A stretch of DNA of 64,000 bases, taken from the NCBI GenBank assembly GCA_009914755.4, contig CP086569.2, positions 7,456,001 to 7,520,000 on the forward strand. The letters run 5' to 3'. Both the position numbers and the translations under genes were made by a program. Below are positions 47,256 to 62,415 of the stretch, in pieces (within the stretch, counting starts at the first letter, position 1; the number at the start of each line of letters is the position of its first letter). The notes beneath the pieces are model-generated. The model was not told the DNA's origin. It ran no database searches and worked only from the letters and a program-made list of their open reading frames with translations. The stretch comes from the human T2T-CHM13v2.0 reference genome, Homo sapiens.

Positions 47256-49512
47256 AAAGAGTGTTTTATGAAATTAGATGAAAAAATTATATATTATATT
47301 TAGGGTGAGCAACAGGCAAACATACAAAAAAAGAGAAAAATTTGCAGAAGATTATTCTAAGCCACTAGCAATAACACTTTACATCATGGAGTTTAATACA
47401 AAGCAGAGAAAATAGATTTGCTTTGAAAATCTTTGAAGTTTCTGGTTTGTTGGTAAGATATGAACACTTGTAAAATTATCTGTTTTATTCTAATATTTTT
47501 CTTTTCTTCTCAATGTAAGCAATGATAAACAAATATGATTATTTTCTATCAATTTATTACATGCCTAAAGTTTATTTTACAGTAATATGCTTCTTATATT
47601 TAAATTCATGTAAATCAAAACTAAAGTTCTGTATGTGTTTATCAGAGCAGAGATGTCATATATTTAATAGAACAAAAGTAGGATAAAAGTTGTAAATAGT
47701 TGTTTAGTATTCAGAAACATATAGCTCCATTATACTAATTTATATCTTCATTACCACCATCATAATAAGCTGTAGTTACAAAGAAAACAAAAATATAAGT
47801 TTTAAGAAATATACTTTCCAAATTATTTTAAGTTAAAAAACACTGACAACACAAAAACATTACTAGAGATGTTATTCCCCTGTCCCCAAGTAGCATATTG
47901 TTACCATCTGTTACCTATAGCCTTGGTTAATATGGGATAACTTAACATCGGTGGCAAGATACACATTCAATGTACAATAGCTTTAACATGATAACAACAA
48001 TATTGGTTTATTAAAACAAATAGAGTCCACACATTGTCATTAAAAAGGCATTTTAGAATTCACTTTATTTTGATTACCTTAATTTGCAAATGGTAAATCA
48101 ATTTCCAACTAAAAATCAAATTGTTTCTTTTACTATGCAGAATGTTGCCCTTACCACACTCTTATCATACTGTCATTTATGATACCCAATTAAACCATCC
48201 ACTAAGTTGCCTCTGCACATATAAATTCTTCAAGTATATTAGATTTGGTTTTCCTCATCTTCCATGGAAAAGTATATAAATCTGTCCTTCTAATATAGAA
48301 GAATCTCTCATAACTCTGGTGCAGCAACTATTGACCATGTTCTTTCACATACATTCCAGAAATAAAGATATAACATCAAAGTAAGAGATAAATTACATCA
48401 ATATTTGTTTTTGAAAATACTTATTATTTTCAAAAAATATTAAATTATTTTAATATAAATATAGATTCCCTTTAGGGGAAAGTGATCTAGATTGCTGACT
48501 AGAAAGAGGCAGCTAGACTGCGGAGTTCCCATAGACAGGAATGCAAGGTGTGCATAAATACATAACTTTCAGTGGAAACTTCCAGTTATTTCCATCAGGA
48601 CTAATCAAAGAAGCAACTTAACATAAGAAGAATGGAGTAAAGCAAGACAGGACACTGGGACTCTTGAAAACAACATGGAGGCAGGGAAACTGTCACACCC
48701 AGTAAGGCAGAATGTGAATGTGAGATCCTGGGAACCCATGATTCTTCCACAGATCTTTGCAACCCTCTGGTGAGGTGATCCCCTCATAAACCCACTTCAC
48801 CAAAGCCTTCTGTATAGGACACATAGCTACATGGAGTCTCAGCAGAGCAGCCGCTCAGGATTGTGCAGTGATTCAAAAGCCTTAGATAGATATGTTTCTA
48901 GGCTTCCCAGAAAAAGTAGCTGCAATTCCAGAAAAGAAGGATGCTACAACCCTGTACATACTCATAGGAAAAAGGCAGAATCCAGGGGGCTTAGCAGTGA
49001 TGGTCTGTAGGAAACATTTTCTCAGTGCCTCACAGATGTACTGGCTTTGAATTCCAGCCAATGATTGGTAGAAGCACTGCACCTCCCTGGGATCAAGCAA
49101 TCAGAAAAAGGAGTTGGCCACAATCTTTGCTGCTTGATAAACTTAGCCATTCCAGCCTTCAGACTTCGAGGAGCCCAAGCTTACTAGAAGCACAAAGGAT
49201 CTCTTAGCACAGTACAGGTGCTCTAAAAAGACATGGCCAGACTGCCTGTTAAAGCAGGTCCCCAATCTCCTTCTTCCTCACTGAAAAGTACTTCCCAATG
49301 AGTATCTCCAGCTAACATCACTGGCCCTGTTTCGTAGATGGAATTTTGAAATCTTTTTTGGCTATAGTTCCTAGAGCAAAGAGTGAGCTGCCATTTTTTC
49401 CTGTTTGTGTGACTAAGCTGTTCCTGCCTCCTGGCTTTGGAGGATCCAAATAAACTGTGGATGGAAGTGGTACCTCTGCAAAGCAGAGCTGTTCTACAAA
49501 AATGTGGCTAGA

Positions 49513-49686
49513 CTTTCCTTTCCTTTCCTTTCCTTTCCTTTCCTTTCCTTTCCTTTCCTTTCCTTTCCTTTCCTTTCCTTCCCTCCCTCCCTCCCTCCCT
49601 CCCTCCCTTCTTTCTCTTTCTTTCTTTCTTTCCTTCCTTCCTTCCTTCCTTCCTTCCTTCCTTCCTTCCTTCCTTCCTTCCTTCCT

Positions 49687-49732
<46 letters not shown>

Positions 49733-49755
49733 TTCCTTCCTTCCTTCTTTCTTTC
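49513..49755. repeat. Compound polypyrimidine microsatellite (TTTCC)n-(CCCT)n-(TTTC)n-(TTCC)n, about 240 bp, seeded by the tail of the adjacent minus-strand Alu
   Basis: Directly visible. Pure pyrimidine on the plus strand for about 240 nt. Confidence 0.95.
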
Positions 49756-50036
49756 GAGACAGAGTATTCCCCCTGTTGCCCAGGCTGGAGTGCACTGGGG
49801 CAATCTCAGATTACCACAACCTCTGCCTGCTGGGTTCAAGAAATTCTCCTACCTCAGCCTTCCGACTAGCTGGGATTACAGGCATGTGCCACCACGCCTG
49901 GATAATTGTGTATTTTTAGTAGAGATTCAGTTTCACTATGTTGGTCACGCTGGTCTCTAACTCCCGACTCTGGTTGATCTGCCCACCTCAGCCTCCCAAA
50001 GTGTTGAGATTACAAGCATGAGCTGCTGCACCCAGC
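49756..50036 (-). mobile_element. Alu SINE (minus)
   Basis: GAGACAGAGTATTCCCCCTGTTGCCCAGGCTGGAGTGCA ... GAGATTACAAGCATGAGCTGCTGCACCCAGC. Confidence 0.9.
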
Positions 50037-51726
50037 AGACTGCTTTCTTAAGTGGATCCCCAATCACTTTCTTTTCACTGGGGAATACCTTTCAAGAGGC
50101 ATTTCCAGCTACATCCTACAGGTGCTTTTGGGCTGAAAACAGGTTTATACATCCCTGGGATGGAGGTCCCAGAGAAAAGGGCATGCTGCCATTGTTACTT
50201 TTTTGCACATTCACTGGTGATAACTTCAGATGCTGGAAATTCTGAGGTGACTAGATACTGCAGTGGACACCCAGCCTATTGCAGTTGCAGCAGCTCTTCA
50301 CAGAAGTGGACAGACTGTTACATGTGTTTCTGTTCTTATATATTTTCACTGGGTAGGTTCTTCAGGCCTGGGCCACTAGCCAATCATTGCCACAGCTATT
50401 GAGCAAGTAACAACATAAGAACTCCATGGACAGAGCTTCTGGGGGCAACTGCATATATTTATTCACTGTCTCTGCAGTGGAATTGTCCTTGCTGTCCTGA
50501 AACTAATGAAAAATCCAAAACCCTAAGTTCCTTATTCACACCTCAAACAAGCTGCAGCATACCAAAGGAAAGGAGGTCAGTCCATCCTCCATGGGTCCCA
50601 CAGACTCCCCAGTGCTCCTCACCAGACAGTGAGCCCCTAACTTGGCCAAAAGCACAGATTTTCCATCCAGGGCTGACTGCACTGAGGGATTGATCACCTA
50701 CATCTCTCTTAGTTGCAGCCCTTCAGAAGACTGGCATACAGGTGGGGCAGCAAGCCAGCTTGTTGATTTCTAAGGGTTTGGTGCAAGAGCATCTATAGCA
50801 AAATATGGCCAGTGATGGCGAGTTCTCTAGGCTGAACTTTCTCCTATAAGAGATTTTAGCCTGAGGGGAACCATTGGAACTAATTTCTACAGGATGATGT
50901 TGCAAATCAGAAGGGGGTGGTCCAACTGAGGACTCTTTTGCCACCTGGCCTCTCCCAGGGTCGCAGTCTAGCTAAAGCTTCTTACAGGGCAGTCTCAGGT
51001 ACCCTAGAAGCCCATACCATAGCATCAGCCTGGTAATCAATGCTTGGCCCCTGAAGAGCTCCAGGAAGGCAGACACTATCATTGCAGCTTACATGTATCT
51101 TCCCCATTCTGCAGCCTACATGTATCTTTCCCATACTGCAGCTTCCCCTGACACCATGGCAATTCCCCATGTTACTTTGCTGGCACATGTCTGCAAAGGT
51201 GGGTTTGACTTTGCTTGCCCCACCAGCAAATGGGAATGCAGTATGCTTCTACTACCCTCAGGAACTTCTACAGTAGATAAAACTTTGGTAGGCAGAAAGC
51301 CAGAGAGCCTCATCCCTGCTTTTCTGCTAACACTGTGTAACAAAGAGTGTATTCTCCCACTCTCTGAACAATTATTACTTCATGGGCGGGGGGGGGCAAA
51401 AATAAGGCATCATAACCTTCACTGGCCCGCATCCTGCCCAAGCCAACACCACCTTTAGTGCAACAGACCACACAGTCTCCAGCAGGTACAGGTGACTCAC
51501 TCTCAGCTGCTTTGTCTTTGCCACTGAGGTGAATGCCCAAAGACAGGGAGAAACCCCATATCCACTAACTCTCTTCTAAAGCTGTGACACCTTAGTCACA
51601 AAGAGTGGTGGACTCCAAATATCAAGGAGCCAGAAAAGACAGTTGGAGCTCGATACAATTTCCCCAGAGTATGCAGCCTCTGAATTGTGAGCTGAGCATA
51701 GCCCCTCCACCACCAAGAAAAAAATC

Positions 51727-52150
51727 TCCCAGGAACAAAGCTTGTTGGTTGCAAACACCTTATTCCACATCAAATACTCCAGACCATTAAACGGAATAAA
51801 AAAATTCAAAGGTCAACCACCTCAAAGATATACATGGAAACATTAGACAAAATCAGTACAAAAATTTTGAAAACACAAAAAGCCGTAGTGAGTTCTTTCA
51901 TCCAAATGATGAAATTACATTTCCAGTGAGGCCTAAAAATCTCCCAGGAACAAAGCTTGTTGGTTGCAAACACCTTATTCCACATCAAATACTCCAGACC
52001 ATTAAATGGGATAAAAAAATTCAAAGGTCAGCAGCCTCAAAGATATACATGGAAACATTAGACAAAATCAGTACAAAAATTTTGAAAACACAAAAAGTCA
52101 TAGTGACTTCTTTCATCCAAATGATGAAATTACATTTCCAGTGAGGCCTA
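51727..52150 (+). repeat. Two tandem copies of a ~213-bp unit inside an old LINE fragment
   Basis: CTCCCAGGAACAAAGCTTGTTGGTTGCAAACACC...CATTTCCAGTGAGGCCTAA occurs twice (51727-51945 and 51940-52150), over 95% identical. Confidence 0.85.
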
Positions 52151-53590
52151 AGATGACAGAAGTAGAATTCAGAATAAGGAACTTCATTGAGCTACAAATT
52201 TAACTTTCAACCCATTGCAATGAAGGGGAAAAAATGCAGGAATGGATAGAAAAAAACAGCCATTTAGGAGGAAAATATGACCAATCTGATAGAGCTGAAA
52301 AAACACAATACAAAAACTTTATAATTTAATCACAAGTATAAACAGTAGAATAGGCCAAGCAGAGGAAAGAATCTCAGAGCTTCAACACTGGCTTTCTTAA
52401 ATTAGACAAGAAGAGTAAAAACAATAACAATAATAATAATAATAAGGAGGAATGAACAAAACATCTAAGATATAAGATTTATGTAATGAATCCAAATCTG
52501 TGGTCAAAAAGAGTACCTGAAGGGGATGGAGAGAATGAAAACCACTTGAAATACATATTTCTAGATATCATCCATGGAAAGCCAAGTCACCTCTAAATGA
52601 AGGACATCAAACAAATAATAAATCTTTCAGTTGAAATTCTACTTGTCAAAGAGATGAGGGGCCAATATTCAACATTCTTAAGCAAGAATTTTAAACCAAA
52701 ATTTATATCCGATAAAAGTAAGGTTCAGAAATAAAAAAATATATATGATCCTATTCAGTTAAGCAAATGCTGAGGAAATCTTTTACCACAAGACCTGCCT
52801 TTTAAGAGCTTCTAAAGAAAACATTAAATAAGAAAGAGACTATAACCAGTCACTACAAAAACACACTAAAATACATAAATTGCTGACACTATAAAGCAAC
52901 CACATAAATTTGAAAATAGCAAAGATCATAGTGACAAAATGAAATCCATACACATGAATACTAAACTTGAATGAAAATGGGCTAAATTCCCCAATTAAAA
53001 AACAAAGTGGTGCCAGGCACGGTGGCTCACACCTGTAATCCCAGCACTTTGGGAGGCCAAGATGGGCAGATCACAGGGTCAGGAGATCAAGACCACTCTG
53101 GCTAACACGGAGAAACCCCGTCTCTACTAAAAATACAAAAAATTAGCCATGAAAATTAGCCAGGTGTGGCAGTGTGTGCCTGTAGTCCCAGCTACTCAGG
53201 AGGCTGATGGAGGAGGATGGCATGAACCCAGAAGGAGGAGCTTCCAGTGAGCTGAGATTGCACCACTGCACTCCAGTCTGGGCAACAGAGCAAGACTCTG
53301 TCTCAAACAAAACAAAACAAAAAAATAAAACAGAGTGACAAGCTGAACAAACAGACAAGATCTAATGGTATGCTGTAATCAAGACACCCATCTCAAATAA
53401 CCTCAAATGAAAAGAGAAAAAAAAATCTTCTAAGCAAATAGAAAACAGAATAAAAGCAGAGGTTGCAATCCTAGTTTCTGGCAAAACAGACTTTACATAA
53501 ATATAGGTTTTAAAAAAAGACAAAGAAGGACATTACATAATAGTAAAGGTCTATATATACACACACACCCCCAAAAAAGCACTCAGATTA
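52150..53590 (+). mobile_element. Ancient L1 fragment (ORF1 end / ORF2 endonuclease start), split by an Alu
   Basis: Degenerate L1 ORF2 N-terminus translations (LNSPIKKQSG...; KAEVAILVSGKTDF...KDKEGHYIIVK) continue across the Alu at 53009-53330. Confidence 0.55.
53009..53330 (+). mobile_element. Alu SINE inserted in old L1
   Basis: GGTGCCAGGCACGGTGGCTCACACCTGTAATCCCAGC ... AACAAAACAAAACAAAAAAATAAAA tail. Confidence 0.9.
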
Positions 53591-53658
53591 TAAAGCAACT
53601 TCTTAGAGACCCTCGTAGATCATAAGTTAAATGTTCTTCAACAGCCATTACCTTTATG

Positions 53659-54833
<1,175 letters not shown>

Positions 54834-54880
54834 CTACAGTAAGATAAAAAGACCCAGCTAAAAAAAAAAAGAACTACAAA
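54834..54880 (-). promoter_or_regulatory. Intact-looking 3' splice acceptor (polypyrimidine tract plus CTGTAG) at the 5' edge of the ZNF exon
   Basis: Minus strand reads TTTTTTTTTTTAGCTGGGTCTTTTTATCTTACTGTAG|ATATATTGCTGGAGTATGAC. Confidence 0.5.
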
Positions 54881-54979
54881 TTTCTCCCTCATTAGACCCA
54901 GGTGAATACACTTTGCAAATATATAATTAACCAAAGCACATTAATAAGGTGACAATAAAATATTACAGGCTCTAATTCT

Positions 54980-55025
54980 TTTATATAATTTATATAAATT
55001 TATATAAATTTATATAAATTTATAC
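54980..55025. repeat. 10-bp minisatellite (ATTTATATAA)n, about 4.5 copies
   Basis: Directly visible. Confidence 0.85.
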
Positions 55026-55449
55026 TTAACAGTAATATACTCACAAAATGCCTTTGTGAGAACTCTAAGAATCAGGTATAAGTTTGCAGCACCGTAAGTG
55101 AGCAAAATGCAAAAAACCACATAGTAGTTTTAAAAAAGTGTTTTGTATGTACCCACAACAACCATTCTTCATCCTATGATGACTTTAAATATAGACTCCC
55201 AGCTTCCATCTCCCCCATCCAGCAATAAAGTATTGGCACCTCTGTCCATGCTTCTGGGTTTCTGAGACCTTACCATAGGCTAATTTCTATATTCCATGGT
55301 AGCGTTGAAAGGAAAGTTGGTAACTGACAGTTTTGGATATCTAAGATCAAAGATAAATGACTGTTACAAGTGAAGAAAGACTTTAGTATCAAAGACAGAC
55401 AATGGGTATAGCAACTGACAACAGGATTTCAATAAGAAACATGGGGAAT

Positions 55450-55735
55450 GCTGGGAGTGGTTGCCCACACCTGTAATATTGGCACTTTGGGAGGCTGAGG
55501 CAGGCAGATCACCAGAGGTGAAAAGTTCAAGACCAGCAAGGTAAACATGGTTAAACCTTGTCTCTACTAAAAATACAAAAATTAGATGGGCGTGGTGGCA
55601 GGTTTCTGTAATTCCTGCTACTCAGGAGGCTGAGGCAGGCAAACCGCTTTAACCAAGGAGTTGGAGGTTGCAGTGAGCCCAGACTGTGCCATTACACTCC
55701 AGCCTGTGTAACAGGAGTGAAGCTCCCACTCAAAA
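55450..55735 (+). mobile_element. Alu SINE (plus)
   Basis: GCTGGGAGTGGTTGCCCACACCTGTAATATTGGCACTTTGGGAGGC... Confidence 0.88.
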
Positions 55736-55736
55736 A

Positions 55737-55737
55737 T

Positions 55738-55769
<32 letters not shown>

Positions 55770-55875
55770 GAAGAAAAGAAAAGAAAAGAAAAGAAAAGAA
55801 AAGAAAAGAAAAGAAAAGAAAAGAAAAGAAATGAAACGAAATGAAACGAAACGAAAAGAAAAGAAGAAAAAACAT
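55737..55875. repeat. (GAAAG)n/(GA)n/(GAAAA)n purine microsatellite from the Alu tail
   Basis: Directly visible, about 140 nt pure purine. Confidence 0.95.
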
Positions 55876-55885
55876 GGAAAACTTT

Positions 55886-56162
<277 letters not shown>

Positions 56163-57618
56163 TAAACTGAAAAACACACAAACTCAGACAAAGCATCCAT
56201 AGAATAGGCTTCAGAGACCCAAGAATATCTAGCCTAAAAAATTTGTATTATATTCCCCCAGACAATAAAAAACTTAATAAAGATTTTGATGCCACTTTTT
56301 ATTATACAAATTGCAACCTAAGATTACAACATATTCAAAACATCAAGATAATATGGTTAATTTAAATATAAAAATATATATCCAGAAATCAACTAAAAAA
56401 AGGTGATGTAAAAATTACCAGAGACAATTTGAGTTAAAGTCCAGATACATTTTTAAAAAGAAAAAAAAATAAATTACCCTTAAAAGTTAGCATTACCATC
56501 TCACTGATGCTCAATGAATAAAATGGAAATAAAGAAATTAAGAAAATGGAAATAAGTGAAATAACATAAATTAAACCAACAAAAAATATAAAGCTCAAAA
56601 AGAAATAAAAATCGTAGAGTGGAAGTACAAAAAAGATTAATATTCCCTTCAACATTAGAAAAAATATGAGAAAATCAGTAAGCTCAGCAAATTTCAAATA
56701 AAATTAATGTAAGAGAGATTTACAAGACACAAGTTTTGAAAGTCACAGAAAAGAGAATGAGAAATGCAGGAAGAAAAAAAACAGATGTATTATTTATATT
56801 CATGCTTCTGCAAGATTACCAGTAAATGTATGAACATAAATCTTTCAAGCAAGAAGGGGGTCGGATGACATAGTTAAAACCCTGAAAGAAAAAGGTGTAA
56901 GCAAAAATACTATATTTTGCAACAGTATCCTTCAAAATGAAAAAAAAGCTCTAAATATAATATGATCTATATTAACAGCTAACTATGTCATGTCTTCGAA
57001 AAGACTCACTCATATCTAATAAAAAAAGACTAAAAATGGCAGGATAAAAATACATTTCACGCAAGTGTTAACCAAATGAGAGGTGAAGAGGCAACAATTT
57101 ATTAAGGTGAAAACTTCCATAATTCATATAATTTACTTTAAGTCATAATTTACAAGAGACAAAGTAGGACATTCAATTATAATAAGAGGGTTCATTCACT
57201 AAGAACTTATAAATATCTGACAATTTTCCCAAACACATAAAGCAAACATTGACAGAATTGAAACCAAAATAGACAGCAATATAATAATGGAATAATACAT
57301 CAATATTTCACTCTAAGTAATAAATGAAGCATGACAGAATATCAATGAAGGAATGGAAAATTTGAATGCATTATACAATAATTACACCTAACAAATGTAT
57401 ACAGACAACAGAATACACATTCTTTTCAATAGCTTATAAAACATTGTTCTAGATGGACCACATGTGACACGACATAAGAAGCCTTAATAATTTTTTAACT
57501 AAAATTTTACAATTATTTGTAGCCCAAGAGGAAAGAAACTAGTACACAGTAACAGCAGAAAAGCTGAAAAATTCAAAACTTATAAAGATTAAACAACACA
57601 GTTTCCTGTTTTGTTTAG

Positions 57619-57916
<298 letters not shown>

Positions 57917-60900
57917 CTTTTTGTCATGTTGTTTTACAATGATTGGAAGACCTAATGTTGTGAATATGTCCATGCTGTTTAAAGTGACCAACACGTTATT
58001 ATATATTGCTCTAAACCAGGTTGTATTGTCAACATCTATAGGCAGGTTTAAGGGAGAAGATCCATTATTGTGCCTGTGGGCTGGGTCCAGAATGAGTCAC
58101 CATCGCCCCTGTGGCCAAATCCACATAAAAATGTCACAATTTTAACTGTGTGCTGTATTCTTTTGTCAGGCTCAGGACCTCAAGAGTGGGCACTGCAAAT
58201 GTGGAATGGTGACAACTCTTAATTTCACTATGGTGTGTAACCAAGAGTTCCATTCTGAACCTTTTTCTGGACCCTGTTATGAAACTCTTTACCACCAAAC
58301 AGTTTATACAATATAAGTTAGTGTTGTAAGCTAATGTGAGTTTGGTACAAATATGCAACCCAGGACCTTACATATTGCCTTAAGACAAATAATGAGAGGA
58401 AAAATATCTCCTATTGGCTGTATCCCAATGTAAGTTTCATCTTCATGCCTGGGAACTGAAGCAAGGTATATGTCATAATTCCATATGTGAGCAAAAAACA
58501 AGACAGTAGGTTAACATTACATAGATGGTGTACTAAGCAATATGTCACAATGCCTCCTCTAGGTAGGGTATAAAAAAATTGGATCACAGTAACTTGATGC
58601 TAGACTCAGCATTGAACAACATCCCACATGTGGAAAATATCAAGCCAAGTTATAAGACACAAAACACTTACATAATGGGCCAAAGATATGTCGATGTATA
58701 TTCGGTGGCTCTGTCATGGGCAGAAGAGTCACATCATAAGGGTGCTGGGCCCAGCAATATGCAATATGCCATAATTTCTCTTTATGCACGATCTAGGAAG
58801 AAGAGAAAAAAATTACATGGTATTGGGCCACACAATAGGTCAGAATTCCTTCTTTCTGGTTATAATTCCAGAAAAACAGGAGGGTCAATGTCCTGACTGC
58901 TGGGCTCAGCAATATGTCAAAATTCTCCTATTTTGAAGGCCCAGGTTGAAAAAGACAGTCACATCACTTAGGTCAAGGGCTCAGAGATATTTCAAAGTGT
59001 CCGAAGTAGGCAGGGCTCAGGCAGATGAGGAGAATCATATCACCTAGGTGCTGCCCTAGGAATGTGTTACAGTGCAATATGAGGGCAGCATCCAGGCAGA
59101 AGGGCCACATCACTCAAGTGCTAGTTCCTGAGGTATTTCACAAGGATCTCTTAACAAAACACAGAACAAAGAGAGTTACATCACCTAGCTGAAGGTTCTC
59201 TTCTTGTGCCAGACTGCCCCATGTGGGTAGGACCCAAGAAGGGACTCACATCTCCTAGGGGATATGCACAGAGATGTGTCACAATGTCTTCTGTGAAGCA
59301 TAGCACTGGAAACTAGGCCTGTGTACCTGGCCTAGAAATGTCACTCTCCAGGTTCACAGGACCCAAGCAAGAGTCCCACATAACCTAGGTGACAGGCCCA
59401 GAGATATGTCACAATGCATTTCTTTGGGAATGACTCTGGCAAAATAATTCTCTCATCTGTGTGTTTGGCCTTGCAATATGTCACTCTACTTCCTTTGTGC
59501 AGGGCCCATTTCAGAGAGAAGAGTTATATCACCTGTGGGGTGAATAGAAAGATATATCACAATAATTTTTGTGGGCATGGCAGAGGGAAAAATATAACAT
59601 CACCTGGGTGCTAAAAGCAGTGATAAGACACAATCCTTACCGAGAGATGGACCCAGGCAAGAAAGTCACAAAACTTTGAGGTTGGCCTAGGTAGATATCA
59701 CAATCACATATATGGACTGAAAGAAGTCTAGAGAGTCAAATTACACAAGTGCTTGGCAATAATTTATATCAAAATCACACTGCCAGAATATTCCAAAGGT
59801 GAGATTTACAATACCAAACATGTCCTGTTTTCATCTTTGACAGTTGACTTCATCCATGTGAGGTAATGACAGTTCTTACTGTGAGATGGATGTGCATACA
59901 AGACTAACAATATCACCTGTGTGCTGATCCCAGCTTTGACTCCTTCTGTATAACCCAAAAACTTTGTAAAATATGTATGAGTGTTATAATCTTTTGTGAC
60001 CTTTCTATAAAAGGTGATCCAGGGCATCAGGCATGTCCCTAAAACTAGATATAGAAGTCAAAATTGCATCTTTGCCTGAGTCCACATATGACAGTCATTA
60101 TCATCCCTCTTAGCCATGCCTAGGTATAGATTTCAATTCCCTCTGCGTTTATGAAACAGGCAGAACAGGCACATCATCTAAGTTCTGGGCCAGAAGTATT
60201 CCATATTCTATTTGTAGTCAGGGTTCTGTCAGAAATATCATACTTGTGTGCTAGGTCCAGCTCTGTGTCCTAATGTTTCTTTTGGGCACTGTCCAGGCAG
60301 GAGAGGAGAGTCTATCATCAAAAAGATGGGCCCCAAAATATGTCACAATGCCTACTGTTGGCAGGGCCCAGGCAAGAGAGTCGTATCATTTAGACACAGT
60401 GTTTAGAAATGCTACAATTACTAAAGGAAGCAAGTTACAGGCAGGAGAGGAGAGTTGTGTAACCTAGATGATGGGTCCAGAAATATGTTACAAATCCCCT
60501 TGAGGACATTGTTAAGATAGCACAGTCAAATCACCAAGTTACTTGGCTCAGGTTCTTGTGAAAAATCTCATTTGTAGGCTACACTTATGCAGAATTATTA
60601 AATCACTTAAGAGCTGGGTAAATGTATAAGTCACAATTACACTTCTGTAAAGGTTTAAGAATAAAGGTCACCAACCTGTATACGTCCTGGCTCCACTCCT
60701 ATAAGCTGTTATTAGGCTTTTGCTGTGGTCTCTGGTATATGGCACAATGTCACGTGGCCAGAGAGAAGGCAAGAAATTCACATTACCTATGTGGGTATGG
60801 CTCCAGTGTGATGTCACAATTTACCTTTTGGACAGGACACAGGCAGAAAAGTCACATCACCTGAATGCTGATTTCAGTGACATATGAAAACACCATCTGT

Positions 60901-62371
60901 GGGCAAGACTTTGGCAAGAAAGAGACTTACTTCACCTGGGCAATTGGCCTAGATATATGTCACAATGTCTGTTCTGTGCAGTACCAAAGCTGCAGAGTGA
61001 CCTCACATTTGTGCTGGGACCAGCAATATGTCACAAACTCCCTGTGGTCAGCGTACAGGTTAAAGTGGGCAAACATCAGCTAGGTGCTCAGCCAAGCGAT
61101 ATGTTACAATGTTTTCTGTTTGCAGAGCCCTTGAGAAAGAATCACATCACCTGGGTACAGTGTTATGTGTCACAATGCACTGTAAGTGCAGGGCCAAGGC
61201 AATAGAAGAGAGTCACATTACTTATGTGATGGATCTAGATATAAAACATAAATTCTCTTTGTAATCAGGTTTTGGGCAGATAATTTACATAACCTGGGTA
61301 ACAATATGAGTAATATATAAAAATTCCCTTTGTAGGCAGAACCATGATAAATGCTATATATTGCATAGGTGTTTGTTATACTTATGGCATAATTTCATCT
61401 GCGGTCTGGGCCTAGAAAAAGAGTCATATCATTCATGTGCTGGTAAAAGTTGCCTGTCCCAGTCACACTTTCAGAAAAGTTCACAAATAAGTTTCACATT
61501 CCACATAAGTTCTGGTTTCCTGTATGTGGGTCAATACTTTTTATGAGTTTGGTGGAACTATGGGTCACAATCTCAACAATGGGCAAGATGCAGGCACAGG
61601 AGTTGCAATCCCATTTCAAGATTGTGTTCCAGTAGGGGACTCACAGCACCAGAGACAGGCTGAATCATGGTTCAAATATGACCAAAACACCTGTGAATTT
61701 AATCCATGTATAAGAGTAATTATTTCAATCTTTGACAGCTTTTATGTGTGAGGTTTAGTGCCTCATTACTAGGCCCTGTTAATATGTAAGAATCACAATT
61801 GTATCAGTTAGGTGTGCATACAAGTCACATTCTTACCTGATTGCTGCTCTCTGTTATGACACTGTTTGTACCATACAGGGTTTAGATGACATACCTGACT
61901 GTTATAATCCTTTGTGAACTTTATACAAGTTAAAAACCCAGGACTTTTTCTTTATCAATAAGAATGGCTATAAGAGCCAAAATATCTCTATTGGCTGGGT
62001 CCAGAGACGAAATTTAATGTAGTGCATCTGTGCTTAACCAAGGCATACGTCACAATTTCACCTGTGAGCAGAGACAAGGCAAGGGAGTCACATCAACTCG
62101 GTGCTGAGTCAGTGATACACTATAATCTCATTACTAAGCTGGGCCTAATAACAAGAGTCACATTACCTGGTTACAGCCTCAAATAGTATTTCACCAAGCC
62201 CGCTATAGACAGTGAAGAAGAAAAGAAGAGTCAGCCAGGTGTGGTGGCTCATGCCTGTAATCCCAGCACTATGGGAGGCCAAAGTGGGGAGATCATGAGC
62301 TCAGGAGTTAGAGAACAGCCTGCCCAACATAGTGAAACCTCATCTCTACTAAAAACACTATATAGATAGAT

Positions 62372-62415
<44 letters not shown>

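Noticed and set aside
49318-49960. Long ORFs (173 aa, 167 aa, 121 aa, 95 aa) with lysine/glutamate-rich or FLSF-repeat translations
   Set aside because: They are translations of the (TTTCC/TTTC/TTCC)n microsatellite and adjacent Alu on both strands. They are low-complexity artefacts with no start context and no homology.
51060-51160. Short direct repeat TGCAGC(T/C)TACATGTATCTT(C/T)CCCAT(T/A)CTGCAGC (2 copies)
   Set aside because: A single ~28-nt local duplication with no further structure. Too small to interpret.
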